Translations under genes and position numbers: made by a program | The notes under the pieces: model-generated | What the model saw: the letters and a program-made list of their open reading frames with translations, nothing else | What the model was told of the DNA's origin: nothing | The model's database searches: none | Shown: positions 56,001 through 62,496 of the stretch, piece after piece | Layout: every line of letters begins with the position of its first letter | Numbering within the stretch: position 1 is the stretch's first letter | NCBI GenBank assembly: GCA_964482725.1 | Contig: CAYZYT010000002.1 | Location: 74,437 to 138,436, forward strand | Direction: 5' to 3' | From: an uncultured bacterium | GTDB lineage: Bacteria > Omnitrophota > Omnitrophia > Omnitrophales > Aquincolibacteriaceae | Length of the DNA: 64,000 nucleotides

Positions 56001-59000
56001 CGAACCGAATCGGTCCATGATTCTCAGCCGTTCGGCAGGATCTGAAATCTTCCCAAAAGCTTCCCCGCCGAGGAATGCGCCCAACATCTGGAATAAATTG
56101 CCTCTCAGCGAAAAAGTGACCGGACCGGATACACTCTCCTGGGAATCCTCGTACTCACCGTGGTCAATAATATCCACCGCGATCTCAAAGAATTTATCGA
56201 GCACTTGTTTTCGCTCCGCAGAGCTCTTGATCTGACCGTATCCTTTACCGCTCAATAGCGAGTCGAGTGCGTCAAAAACGCGATAGCTGTATTTAGAGCC
56301 ATACCGATGCATGTCGAAGCGCAGTGAAGCGTCATAGCATTTCGCCAGGATCTGTTTTCGTTCTTCGAGCGCGCTTATCCGGCCAAACCCGCTCCCGGCA
56401 AACAATTGACTGAGTGAACCAAGCGCTTGCTGCGCCTCGTATTCCTCGGAAGACGATACGGCGAATCTACTAACAATATTTTCCACCTGCCGCCGCACCT
56501 CGGCTTGCTGGGCCGCATCCGCGATCGCCAGGAACCAGCCGTAATTTTCCAACACCATGCGAACCTCGGAGCGGGCGGCATCAGGAGCCAATTCACCATC
56601 GATCTTCAGAACATGGGTTTTTTGATCTTGATAAGTCCCGGCGAGAACATAACCGTTCCCGAGATCAAGAAGAGAACCGACCTCTCCTCCAAGCCGTTCC
56701 GCGAGGTCGGCGATCCACTCGATCCCCCCCGTAATAGCCCCCGAGCCGTCCTTCACGGTTTTCACAACATAGGTTTTGCCATTCAACCCGACGAGAACAT
56801 AACCATTTCCGAGATCAAGAAGAGAATCGACATCTCCTCCAAGCGGTCCCGCGAAAGTGTAAATCTTCTTAATCCCCGTAATAGCCCCCGAGCCGTCCTT
56901 TTCGGCTTTCAGAATATGGATTCTTGAATCATCCTCAGTTCCGGCGAGAACATAACCGTTCCCGAGATCAAGAAGAGACCAGACATATCCTCCAAGCGGT
57001 TCCTCGCGGGAGGAGAACCTCTCTATCCCCGTAATAGCCCCCGAGCCGTCCTTCACGGTTTTCAAAACATGGGTTTTACTATCCAGAGTCCCGGCGAGAA
57101 CATAACCGTTCCCGAGATCAAGAAGAGACGTGACACGTCCTCCAAGCGGTTCCGCGAGGGAGGAGATCTTTTCGATCCTCGTAATTGACCCCGAGCCGTC
57201 CTTCACGACTTTCAGAACATGGGTTTTTTGATCATCAAAAGTCCCGGCGAGAACATAACCGTTCCCGAGATCAAGAAGAGACCTGACATTTCCTCCAAGC
57301 GGTTCCGCGAGGGAGGAGATCTTTTCGATCCCCGTAATTGCCCCCGAGCCGTCCTTCACGGCTTTCAGAACATGGGTTTTTTGATCATCAAAAGTCCCGG
57401 CGAGAACATAACCGTTCCCGAGATCAAGAAGAGACCTGACATTTCCTCCAAGCGGTTCCGCGAGGGAGGAGATCTTTTCGATCCCCGTAATTGCCCCCGA
57501 GCCGTCCTTCACGGCTTTCAGAACATGGGTTTTTTGATCTTGATAAGTCCCGGCGAGAACATAACCGTTCCCGAGATCAAGAAGAGACAGGACCCCTCCT
57601 CCAAGCGGTTCCGCGAGGGAGGAGATGGACCTGACGCCGTCCACTTTTTGAAAACGCGATTTCGGAATCACGGCCCCGGGCTTTTTTGCGGCTTCCGCCG
57701 CATCCGAAGAGATCATATCCCCAGTGACCATGGCTTCGTTGCGGATCTCGGAGCGGGAGCCAAGCTGACTGGCGGCGAGCACGTGAGATAACAACGAATG
57801 CGCAAAAACCGAAGAGAGCGCCTGGCTGTTAACTTTCTCGGAACGGATCATGTCAAGTATGAGAGCACGGACATTGCGAGCCCAATCCTGGGTCGCAGCG
57901 GCACCGGTCACAGCAACGCGCTCAGCACGGCCGACGAGACCGAGAAGGGCGGGCATTTGGGAGGTTTCAATATCACGGCTTCCGAGGATCGAGCGGAGAT
58001 ACACTTCTCGATCGTTCTTGGAGACTTCATTAATACGGGGAGTGATCTGGACATAAGAGCAATGCTTGGATGCGGCGAGAGCCTTAAGGCCGTCGGCATG
58101 GAATCCGCCGGTCACGATCACGGCGCGTTGCTGCTTTTGCTCGCTCATTTTCGAGAGAGCATTACGAAACATGGCGTTTTCACGGACAATCGCGGTCTCG
58201 TAAAACTCGACCGCATTCGCGAAAACAGACTGGAGACTAGTGACTGGAGACTGAAGCACCTTGTTTTTAGTCTGTGGTCTCTGGTCTGTGGTCTGTAGTC
58301 CCGCCGCAAGCTCGTCGGGAGAAATACGGAAACTCTGAAGCTCAGCATATTCTTTCCTAGTCAATTCAAGACTAAATAGGCGCCTGAGCAAGTAGAGCTT
58401 GCGAGCGGCGGAAAGATACGCTTTCTCATCCGCCGTCTTGGCGAGTGCGGTCTCGATATTGTCTTTCAGCTTGATCGTTTCTTCCTGCAACCCCTTGCCC
58501 TGGAGTTCCTGCATTAGGATCGTCTGCTGGGCATAGAGCGTCCAGTTGGGCCATTGTTTCATTGAGAAATTCTTGGGAAGCTTCGCGAAGGCCATGTCAA
58601 AGGCCCGACGCACGACGGAATATCCGTCTGCGTCGCGGTTAACGGTTAACGATGAACGGTTAACGTTACGTTCAGCGCTGTTTCGTTCCCCGTTTCCCAA
58701 TGATTGTTCGTTCCCCGTTCCCCGTTCCCCGTTCCCCGATGCCGCCTCGAAGGCATGTATAATTTCCTTCGACATTCCAAGCTTCTTAAGCTCAGCAAGA
58801 AAAGAGGCCTGCTCCGCCGCCGCTTTATCCCGGTCAATTTTCGATCCGATCGCCACCAGGCGGTAGTACCGGATAAGGGACGGATACTGGTCCTGATAAA
58901 AGGCGTCCGAGAGGTCGAGCTTGAGGTGCTTCTTACTCCCCTCACCGAGGGCCTTGAGCCAGCCTTCGAAGGAAACGGTTCCCGAACCAAACGCCTCTTC

Positions 59001-59741
59001 CTGGCGGACGAGGTTCAGGAGATCTTTATTCAGCTTCGATGCGTAACGTTTGTCGATCGTGGCCCGCAAAGAGCCCAGGAACTTCTCCGCGGTTTTTTCC
59101 TTCTTCACGACGCTGATAAATGCTTCACGGTCTTTTTTGTACGAATCGAGGTCTTCCACGCCGAACGCCGCCATGCCGGCGGCGCGTTTCGCGGGGAACG
59201 TGGAACGTGGAACGTTTGCGTTAACCGTTTCCCGTTTCCCGTTTCCCGGTAATTGTTCGTTCCCCGTTTCCCGTTCCCCGATTTTTTGATTTATCAAAAA
59301 ATTCTCCGGCCCCGTCAAATACCCTTCCTGCATCAGCTTATCCGTGACCTTCTGATTGAATGCGGGATTCTCGGGAAAAAGTCGGAAGAGTTCCGGCTGG
59401 AGCTTCGCAGCAGCGCCTTCAAGAAGCATTAATTTGACGGATGAATTCTTCTCGATATAACCGAGGAGTTTCTCAATGTTTTTTTCAGCCTGATAATTCC
59501 CGTGCGCAGATTGAATATGAATGAAGGCCGGAGCTTTCGGATCACCCTTAAGGGTATCTGTCACCTGGCCGAGTTCGGCCGGGATCGAGAGCATTCCGGC
59601 GGGCAATGAAGACACCTCCGGATTGAGCGTGGGCACACCCGTGGCAGCGAATGCATTCGGGCTGATCTGGAGGCTGGTAATAAAGAAGGTAAAAACGACG
59701 GTGGAGGCGATTAACTTCATGCTGGGATGGCGTTGGCTCAT
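44091..59741 (-). CDS. Giant secreted multidomain polyprotein-like protein (5216 aa)
   Basis: Uninterrupted ORF; signal peptide ending NAFA; recognisable propeller, nucleotidyltransferase-like, APH-like kinase, HD and HEAT modules separated by R[SA]E[VIL][RQ]. Confidence 0.92.
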   Translation of the reverse strand: MSQRHPSMKLIASTVVFTFFITSLQISPNAFAATGVPTLNPEVSSLPAGMLSIPAELGQVTDTLKGDPKAPAFIHIQSAHGNYQAEKNIEKLLGYIEKNSSVKLMLLEGAAAKLQPELFRLFPENPAFNQKVTDKLMQEGYLTGPENFLINQKIGERETGNEQLPGNGKRETVNANVPRSTFPAKRAAGMAAFGVEDLDSYKKDREAFISVVKKEKTAEKFLGSLRATIDKRYASKLNKDLLNLVRQEEAFGSGTVSFEGWLKALGEGSKKHLKLDLSDAFYQDQYPSLIRYYRLVAIGSKIDRDKAAAEQASFLAELKKLGMSKEIIHAFEAASGNGERGTGNEQSLGNGERNSAERNVNRSSLTVNRDADGYSVVRRAFDMAFAKLPKNFSMKQWPNWTLYAQQTILMQELQGKGLQEETIKLKDNIETALAKTADEKAYLSAARKLYLLRRLFSLELTRKEYAELQSFRISPDELAAGLQTTDQRPQTKNKVLQSPVTSLQSVFANAVEFYETAIVRENAMFRNALSKMSEQKQQRAVIVTGGFHADGLKALAASKHCSYVQITPRINEVSKNDREVYLRSILGSRDIETSQMPALLGLVGRAERVAVTGAAATQDWARNVRALILDMIRSEKVNSQALSSVFAHSLLSHVLAASQLGSRSEIRNEAMVTGDMISSDAAEAAKKPGAVIPKSRFQKVDGVRSISSLAEPLGGGVLSLLDLGNGYVLAGTYQDQKTHVLKAVKDGSGAITGIEKISSLAEPLGGNVRSLLDLGNGYVLAGTFDDQKTHVLKAVKDGSGAITGIEKISSLAEPLGGNVRSLLDLGNGYVLAGTFDDQKTHVLKVVKDGSGSITRIEKISSLAEPLGGRVTSLLDLGNGYVLAGTLDSKTHVLKTVKDGSGAITGIERFSSREEPLGGYVWSLLDLGNGYVLAGTEDDSRIHILKAEKDGSGAITGIKKIYTFAGPLGGDVDSLLDLGNGYVLVGLNGKTYVVKTVKDGSGAITGGIEWIADLAERLGGEVGSLLDLGNGYVLAGTYQDQKTHVLKIDGELAPDAARSEVRMVLENYGWFLAIADAAQQAEVRRQVENIVSRFAVSSSEEYEAQQALGSLSQLFAGSGFGRISALEERKQILAKCYDASLRFDMHRYGSKYSYRVFDALDSLLSGKGYGQIKSSAERKQVLDKFFEIAVDIIDHGEYEDSQESVSGPVTFSLRGNLFQMLGAFLGGEAFGKISDPAERLRIMDRFGSVMQTTVGTQGEESSALYHVAGDLDLVDILSRYAKELDLSRNEDERNIAARKVFERIILLAGQVEARNARGEQKNGQRSKGEGQRAGEGDLWLAPGASAAKESRSEVRIAAQAGASLLDTDLKRLQEMNVLEWPTVKSEVLEHISKFLDAAEALERTSRNVPVHDRQLALLQIFKGIQTAIAIPFLSDLKLKENPLADRTTSLWFKIGDELEKPSMDEIRQVTENEFGNPVNFENLGKRMKTAQIGYNDAGALEVQDLRADVWSLYPPERIVSTYLTRQILKRLIEGLPLTLDASDQMVLPEKVGGVNVHELEGLIEKYSKQALKDPVVRFNALVKFENDFRKDPVLVLNVIKELGIVPAGTPVSHAVVSDFAEALLSVTLLLKTALNWEFKKALLLSRSAFLEDIQKQLGLSASLKLNEIALRLVSLNIPEDVIQRVADGKMNDLAEFEKTGRNIAGRGGVREVLLAAGKATRWFSSLEPLIDAGVMNADDVPTDLPRALAAFWYGNQNTDGGTGVKLAMDNLIKLAGNGSPVRLGYTLSPWTWKPFLGATYEILERNARNGNLARVPVDAIAFNTSRVWVVKEGQIVERPESVLGHGDGMGFMFAFIQGLMRGEVYSILRSADGPTAQLGQKQFDRVLGFMAKHSLAHVGIGNWRNLGQAGGGYVTVNGQPDIVDTPISKEKNKNGFLADKDITLFSTFINVINQAALLYAVSEGVEVEGRSLITWPEVQKISDMDATALAQLKQRLEKLTLEQEEQLMLSFSKLLPYEYVEKKESGQPLIQWEQISGMWHGVVEKRIRQRFEREGVERKEPLSYANADLSLREFSILSRTGGTEDVPLFAEVKSAVDILVFEKLVQAGLKILADKGVLSHEIGDAITIRSEVRETAANVTTSPTVPLWRQPSSVIKNYQRWQGQSAPVTTDSLIDTMLQNYDLGVTAPQQLEIKKLPGGTLMREPLLITSPTGQFVLKYGSDNEKKAKFVISIAVRAHEQGVRVPGILKNRKGEYLVEAGGLYYYVEQFIPGGRTIAYEDAQPRHFEQLGKVIAQLHNALSGFTPEGEKHERLAIDITTAEGDLRALKNTLEQNPGRNSRGEKLFREHADFILAEIEVLKTKLSLEQYHSLPSVAVHGDVKMGNVLWNESGSDVKALLDWERSREGQARIEDFKNVFSSAAGFSRLRVRAYDRENLKALLSGYQQEIAQKLTAEELDAIPSLLGPGAFLWDLARLFVSFGDTLNTSDDRYGIAVESIKKLQSIDNDFQGAWWKSFKQELLQTSIAKRSEVQGTQTTDYRLQTTDSSVERGTGNEKLGVNRSSLTVNRGVRRALMLFGAAAVMGLAGCEQGGSSDNDAEESQPTDSPAVTSDGNGSGSSEPAVPSAEEASFLAARSSASAMNSFILSYIAARGYAEGREGWSEGVAPWYSGPANGNRSYGEFTREFSDANLAKLVTYGQLIRVVSPSGTAAVGASVLKTGIAKRAEVRAEEKKAGADTFGNLVSLPWVLNGVLLPGKTPDFHTELLGEIRSAKTVADLEGARFSGSIEEKEQKTKIFQTAFSRISSENLLVRDMYFSQGQGPGKIKAIRFGRNINMTNNVAAKADPLWVAGGYDPAGEAMVLAESVLGAGKLASDGAVAGAGLFTRGLLYQGALQAFLSLRPTKGKGVSEELFLTEQVFVLMNVLDYMVGQNGTFETMRKDYLPLMEKNAVFHPSVRILIEKYSKDHLDPKESLKALREYVGTLYGKVQAPVVDMEALIELFGAMGDHYLSIGDYKNATHAFVKALAYDDAMDSDSTRRKELTLKLENAVNLFHKNLPADKRGTFVAQWLSAKENLDGFWRALNDVTLLSELAFVPEATVTTSSRYDQLKTTYDILSHLEAYSSRREDSRKIQEFFDGRRAMDIQPGKLHTESVRKLIDAYGVVETNDYTDKKSQPLKKILWLTAFLQHYARLFQNDEATDSWKILPQFLKVFSNLFNDEEKDLVYSLVTLQRNFSTLHFGEGSPTSLRESVDNMFKQRKSVEEQQNEGPSAQKEQGIDPVEQKESEMEKIYIDRSHPDFARKEVPEKLREALDFEGPGTLVNRLERLFDNGTMAAWFPRFGRGIPKKDVSGNRILKNVFTKYEDTSVSEHTLELVGYLEMIEKGQFDEFNKKKQGIKFTREQFELYRNAFQEIIRYGTGGDKAKEAQRRVLFYLAVLFHDIGIGKKANFHEDIGAAAIREQQIFETMGYPAEDAKEVFWLVKFHVELGTVEYGERTTYNLLTSLKEQLAGLPDAGQTRYLRTLAFLNSLDVLATQKGEPMSVDKLHFFINVLTDDNFIANFEKGFFEWRMRKFSSNRQSSYFKAVYDEVQAELKKLEDQSPKEYKNFRDFYSKAEEARTLDYAIFFLQSLEPGALVRLLFFLSQAVEQARKADEFKDIHRINFTAASGAAPLSKEAVEVMFSSKQLGSYRSISQLTKKPFADIVKEMKTLGLKIERTTSNGQQAFVFDNGRLSNRYRYFKIAALQSATYVLSRNVRVATDIHIKNFAFMQELSKSSYFVNIEKYWPVVRLVDAFMGNGKEAISVEHAWEEYSDPNLLRATEEKIKHLATTDPKKAHEVAQVLSELNDIKRQGDLDGFTHFMETVNFRNAIFNFRKLKATDPRSVVRLLYMLYLAGHDVNIINFFVAADRVEPDTKYAGVYNRILQGLADHNIKAIKQLSKNKDPFRAFSRMLGLAKDGITLNKSVVQNVLTVNYEPPRAASHRASRAELRSKQTTDYRLQTTDSSVERGTGNEKLGVNRSSLTVNRGVRRALMLFGAAAVMGLAGCEQGGSSDNDAEESQPTDSPAVTSDGNGSGSSEPAVPSAEEASFLAARSSASAMNSFILSYIAARGYAEGREGWSEGVAPWYSGPANGNRSYGEFTREFSDANLAKLVTYGQLIRVVSPSGTAAVGASVLKTGIAKRAEVRGTQTTDYRLQTPVKASSLQSPVSRLLSTAFLAGTVRAELLGDQKRNLMLGTIYPFLPSVALLGVAAVAVYFGLNWEGVPFTQEPSLISGSGLFLGLLGGEGAQYDRAEYMRASEEQEARDSRSSSDISYPLVINETRADEKQFQKALSNLQPKWWDGTFLGVPIVNNQGGADRRVVAVRALGELNDPRIVPALNIALHDTAKVVRLAAVSALRGHKSIPGIVTAFNDAEVDVRLAAIAALVDLNAQEELGKAIPEIVKALTLEDKESRAVAISALRAINALSELGKQLNNEYPDVRRAAVTALGDTKDVNAVPALVESLKDRSISDAVAAALVKIGDPRSSEALTSYKEQLAREAAERLERERQAAEASPSSSDDDKDRGYWEGIGPGNRSEVRLDRSAAGVPGTAQVDAVLAIRAELSEPYQAVQEVMKAARLKWHSMDGQHWTVERGWETVATDVSGLIKKVLPQLTTLEEILASGARVHGIFREDWGLEASYVFSSVEKLYADRIVKIAPKELKSLTTTEKVYASWVRVAGVSTGIALSEPVEALYASRIQETERLKSFTTTEEVLASLERVRKILGGSALSYPVTVLYIERIGEIAPEELKAFTIPEEVNAAWFRLKGFLPGLPKDSFFGVRSSATSPVRRLYADRFQALENLEKERSKRADGLRSRWESLSGQVIGKFLSGQALDAKLRLQLDEIRTEIASRLAELHDRLNGLDGNALGIDEMPSQDERLRKIDQESRRVADEIAMLDLLQGEITARSEVRTYETPVIPLVPGVDTTSLTAKVGTAIRVAANTVSPLLSSSTAYASEIAPLVFAGTVHYQAAPVVPPAFATRWPVFNEIISHFATASTGRMVIDQRQGVPDAASVLPLVTFALYNPKDGVVLALIAEASEVALFEKELSALNLKGVLPQNFKVQAFASENEFVGAFAEFYNAAAPVGKPVALITDRQDSVVTRKIGSRKQLLSVVGARDPLKQTASALLAADKLLNEAIWSMGYHFVSVEKLGGLEALMAELTSYIAAQVRVKASA
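47201..47768. repeat. 568-bp direct repeat, copy 2 (lipoprotein-like cassette)
   Basis: Near-identical to 51578-52145 (offset 4377 bp, in frame). Confidence 0.95.
51578..52145. repeat. 568-bp direct repeat, copy 1
   Basis: Near-identical to 47201-47768. Confidence 0.95.
56598..57626 (-). repeat. Seven tandem ~153-bp coding repeats (beta-propeller blades)
   Basis: SLLDLGNGYVL occurs 7 times with about 51-aa period. Confidence 0.93.
58227..58300. repeat. In-frame inverted heptamer element in the giant gene
   Basis: AGACTGG/AGACTAG ... GTCTGTG/GTCTCTG/GTCTGTA; codes QTTDQRPQTKNKVLQSPVTSLQS. Confidence 0.8.
58634..58738. repeat. In-frame heptamer element in the giant gene
   Basis: GGTTAAC-type arm plus CGTTCCC x4; first 32 bp identical to 47666-47697 and 52043-52074. 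Confidence 0.85.
59191..59280. repeat. In-frame inverted heptamer element in the giant gene
   Basis: GGAACGT x3 ... CGTTTCC/CGTTCCC arrays. Confidence 0.85.
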
Positions 59742-59946
59742 TGAAGTGTCCGTCCTTTTCTTTTTCTGATTTTTAAAACCATATATTCAACTCCAAATAG
59801 ACTTTATTAACTTCTTTAGAATAGCGTCTAATGCCAAAAAGGTAACATGCGTTTTCTCTCTTGGCAAGCTTGTTGGAAGAAATACTTTCCCCACCAGACT
59901 AGGGATTAATCCCCCACCCTTAATGCCGGGGGCGGCGGTAGGAGAG

Positions 59947-62496
59947 CTATAGAATATTGAGGGGATCGACGTCGAGCTGGAAGGCAACGCCGGAGGGTTT
60001 TTTGAGGCCCATCAGAAGCGCATAGATCTTGGGCGTCATCAGAAGGTCTTTGGGGATCTTAAGCATGACATGCCAGCGGAAGTGACCGCGCAATTTGTAG
60101 AACGGAAGCGGCGCGGGGCCGATAATTTCAAAACCTTCGGGAGCTGGATGTCGGATGGCGGAGGGCGTAAAGCCTTCGGTTTGAGATCCGGCTAACAATC
60201 TATCTTTGTCATTCCCGCATGCTTTTAGCGGGAATCCATTTTTTGTTACTGGATCCCCGATTGAGACATTCGGGGATGACAAGGAGATAGCCAGACCCCT
60301 GAGCGCATCGCGGATCTCGCGCGCAAAGAGATACGCCTTCTTCTCATCGTGCGAGCGGATAATGATATTCACAAGCGAGCGGAACGGCGGATAATGAAAT
60401 TCCTCCCGGCACTGTTTTTCATGCGCGTAAAAGGCGAGGAAATCATGCTCGCGCGCGAACCGGATACTGGGATGCTCCGGCATCCAGGTCTGAATGATGA
60501 CACGGCCGGGCTTCGTCCCCCGCCCCGCGCGCCCCGCAAATTGCGTGAGCAGCTGGAATGTCCGCTCGCTAGAACGAAAATCCGGAAGCCGGAGCCCCAC
60601 ATCGGCGAGCACCACGCCCACCAAAGTCACATGCGGGAAGTCAAATCCCTTGGCGATCATCTGCGTTCCAATCAGGATGTCGATCTTTTGCTCCCGGAAC
60701 TCCTCCAGGATCTTTTCGTGGGAATTTTTTTTCTGAGTGGTATCCGCATCAAGGCGCGCGATCCGGGCCGTCGGAAAAAACCGGGCGACCTCGCTTTCGA
60801 CCTTTTCGGTCCCGAAGCCCGCAAACTTCAGGAGCGGGGACTTGCACGAAGAGCAGGTGTTCGACACTTTTTTTTGATAGTTACAGTAATGACAAAGGAG
60901 CAGGTTCTTTTCTTGATGAAAGGTGAGCGCCACCTGGCACATCTTGCAGGTTTCGACCTCACTGCAGGTCGGACAGCGGATCGAAGTAGAAAATCCTCGG
61001 CGATTCAGGAGAAGCATCGTCCCTTCCCGGCTCTTTAGATTGGTCTCGATCTCGCGCATGAGGGGCGGCGAAAAAAGGAGACTTGCGCGCTTGTCCCCCT
61101 GATAGCGTTTGAGGTCGATCACCTGGACCTTGGGCATCGCCTTCGAATCGATCCTCTCGGTGAGATCCACGCGTTCGATCCTCCCCCTCTCCGCGAGCGC
61201 CATGCTTTCCAGAGAGGGCGTCGCCGTCCCCATCAAAAAAAGCGCTCCCTCATGTTCCGCGCGCCAGGCAGCCACTTCGCGAGCGTGGTAGCGAGGCGTG
61301 GTCTCCTGTTTATACGAACCCTCATGTTCCTCGTCCATGATAATGAGCCCGAGGTTCGGGACCGGAGCGAACACCGCGGAGCGCGGGCCCAACACCACAT
61401 TGCAGGTTCCCAGCTCGATGCGTTTCCAGGTAAGAAACCGTTCCCCATCGGTCATTTTGCTGTGAAGGATCTCGAGGTTCTCGCCGAAATGCCCGGCAAA
61501 GAAGCGCTGAAGCTGTTCGGTCAGCGCGATCTCGGGGACAAGGCAGATCGCGGCACGGCCCTGCTTCAGGGTCTGGCGGATCGCGCGGATATAAAGTTCG
61601 CTCTTGCCGCTCCCGGTGACACCGTAGATTAAAATCGGTTTTACGGATTTTTTTTCGTCATCCTGAGGCTTAGCCGAAGGATCTCGCTTGAGATTCTTCG
61701 CCCCCGAGGGGCTCAGCACTGACCTTGCTAAAATCTCAGGGGGGTCGGTGCAGTCCCGCCTACCGTCTTTTATTAATTCAAGGCGGGGCAGAATGACTGA
61801 ATTCGCCAACACTTTCTGGATAATCTCAAACGCCTTCTCCTGCTCAGGAGAAAGCGTGTATTCCTGAGGAGAGTGCGCCGACGCATCGCTTTTCCGACTT
61901 GCTTTCTCGATGTACTTCTCAACTTTTTTCCCGTACTTCACCCATCGCGGGAGCGCGTTCTCGATCGCCTCTCCCCAGCTCGAACCGTAATATTCGCCCA
62001 CCCATTTTGTAAGCGCAAGCATATCCGCCGAGAGAACGGGCTGGTCATCGAGGACCGCGAGAAGGGGTTTGAGATCGCCAAGCCGCTTGTCATTCCCGCG
62101 GACTTTTAGCGGGAATCCAGTTTTTGCGTCTGGACCCCCGATTAAAACATTCGGGGGTGACAAAATTTTCCTTTTCGGGAGTCCTCCTTTTTCAAAGGGG
62201 GAAGAAAACTCATCCTGTTTCGCTTCCACCCCAACGATATAGCCCGTGATCTCGGTGTTGCGGAACGGGACGATCACACGAACGCCGGGGATGGCTTTCG
62301 CAAGAAGAGACTCGGGGATCCTATAACTGAAGACGGTGGGGATCGGAAGAGGAACCGCTACCTGCGCCACAAAAGACTTTATGTCATTCCCGCATGTTTT
62401 AAGCGGGAATCCAGTCTTGTTTTCTGGATCCCCGACACAAACATTCGGGGATGACAGGGACAACGCGAGCGGCTGTCCCCTTTTGGACGATTTCAC
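59947..62496 (-). CDS. priA: Primosomal protein N' with multiple in-frame palindromic inserts
   Basis: GVTGSGKSE, DEEH, LNRRGF, Cys-rich region, GTQMIAKGFDFP, GRAGR, LDVDP; GTG 62496 overlaps the udg TGA. Confidence 0.96.
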   Translation of the reverse strand: MKSSKRGQPLALSLSSPNVCVGDPENKTGFPLKTCGNDIKSFVAQVAVPLPIPTVFSYRIPESLLAKAIPGVRVIVPFRNTEITGYIVGVEAKQDEFSSPFEKGGLPKRKILSPPNVLIGGPDAKTGFPLKVRGNDKRLGDLKPLLAVLDDQPVLSADMLALTKWVGEYYGSSWGEAIENALPRWVKYGKKVEKYIEKASRKSDASAHSPQEYTLSPEQEKAFEIIQKVLANSVILPRLELIKDGRRDCTDPPEILARSVLSPSGAKNLKRDPSAKPQDDEKKSVKPILIYGVTGSGKSELYIRAIRQTLKQGRAAICLVPEIALTEQLQRFFAGHFGENLEILHSKMTDGERFLTWKRIELGTCNVVLGPRSAVFAPVPNLGLIIMDEEHEGSYKQETTPRYHAREVAAWRAEHEGALFLMGTATPSLESMALAERGRIERVDLTERIDSKAMPKVQVIDLKRYQGDKRASLLFSPPLMREIETNLKSREGTMLLLNRRGFSTSIRCPTCSEVETCKMCQVALTFHQEKNLLLCHYCNYQKKVSNTCSSCKSPLLKFAGFGTEKVESEVARFFPTARIARLDADTTQKKNSHEKILEEFREQKIDILIGTQMIAKGFDFPHVTLVGVVLADVGLRLPDFRSSERTFQLLTQFAGRAGRGTKPGRVIIQTWMPEHPSIRFAREHDFLAFYAHEKQCREEFHYPPFRSLVNIIIRSHDEKKAYLFAREIRDALRGLAISLSSPNVSIGDPVTKNGFPLKACGNDKDRLLAGSQTEGFTPSAIRHPAPEGFEIIGPAPLPFYKLRGHFRWHVMLKIPKDLLMTPKIYALLMGLKKPSGVAFQLDVDPLNIL
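60207..60281. repeat. 75-bp palindromic element family A (in priA)
   Basis: TGTCATTCCCGC...GCGGGAATCCA...TGGATCCCCGA...TCGGGGATGACA. Confidence 0.9.
61657..61797. repeat. Family B element carrying a nested 75-bp insert (in priA)
   Basis: GTCATCCTGAG...GGGCTCAG[61717-61791]AATGAC. Confidence 0.75.
62088..62162. repeat. 75-bp palindromic element family A (in priA)
   Basis: Same arms and length as the other three copies. Confidence 0.9.
62382..62456. repeat. 75-bp palindromic element family A (priA N-terminus)
   Basis: Same arms and length as the other three copies. Confidence 0.9.

Noticed and set aside
56598-57626. Tandem repeats as a CRISPR array or DGR template/variable pair
   Set aside because: In-frame coding repeats with no unique spacers; no cas or reverse transcriptase gene in the window
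59820-59837. Sigma54 promoter for the giant gene (TTGGCATTAGACGC)
   Set aside because: GG-to-GC spacing is 8 nt, not the required 10
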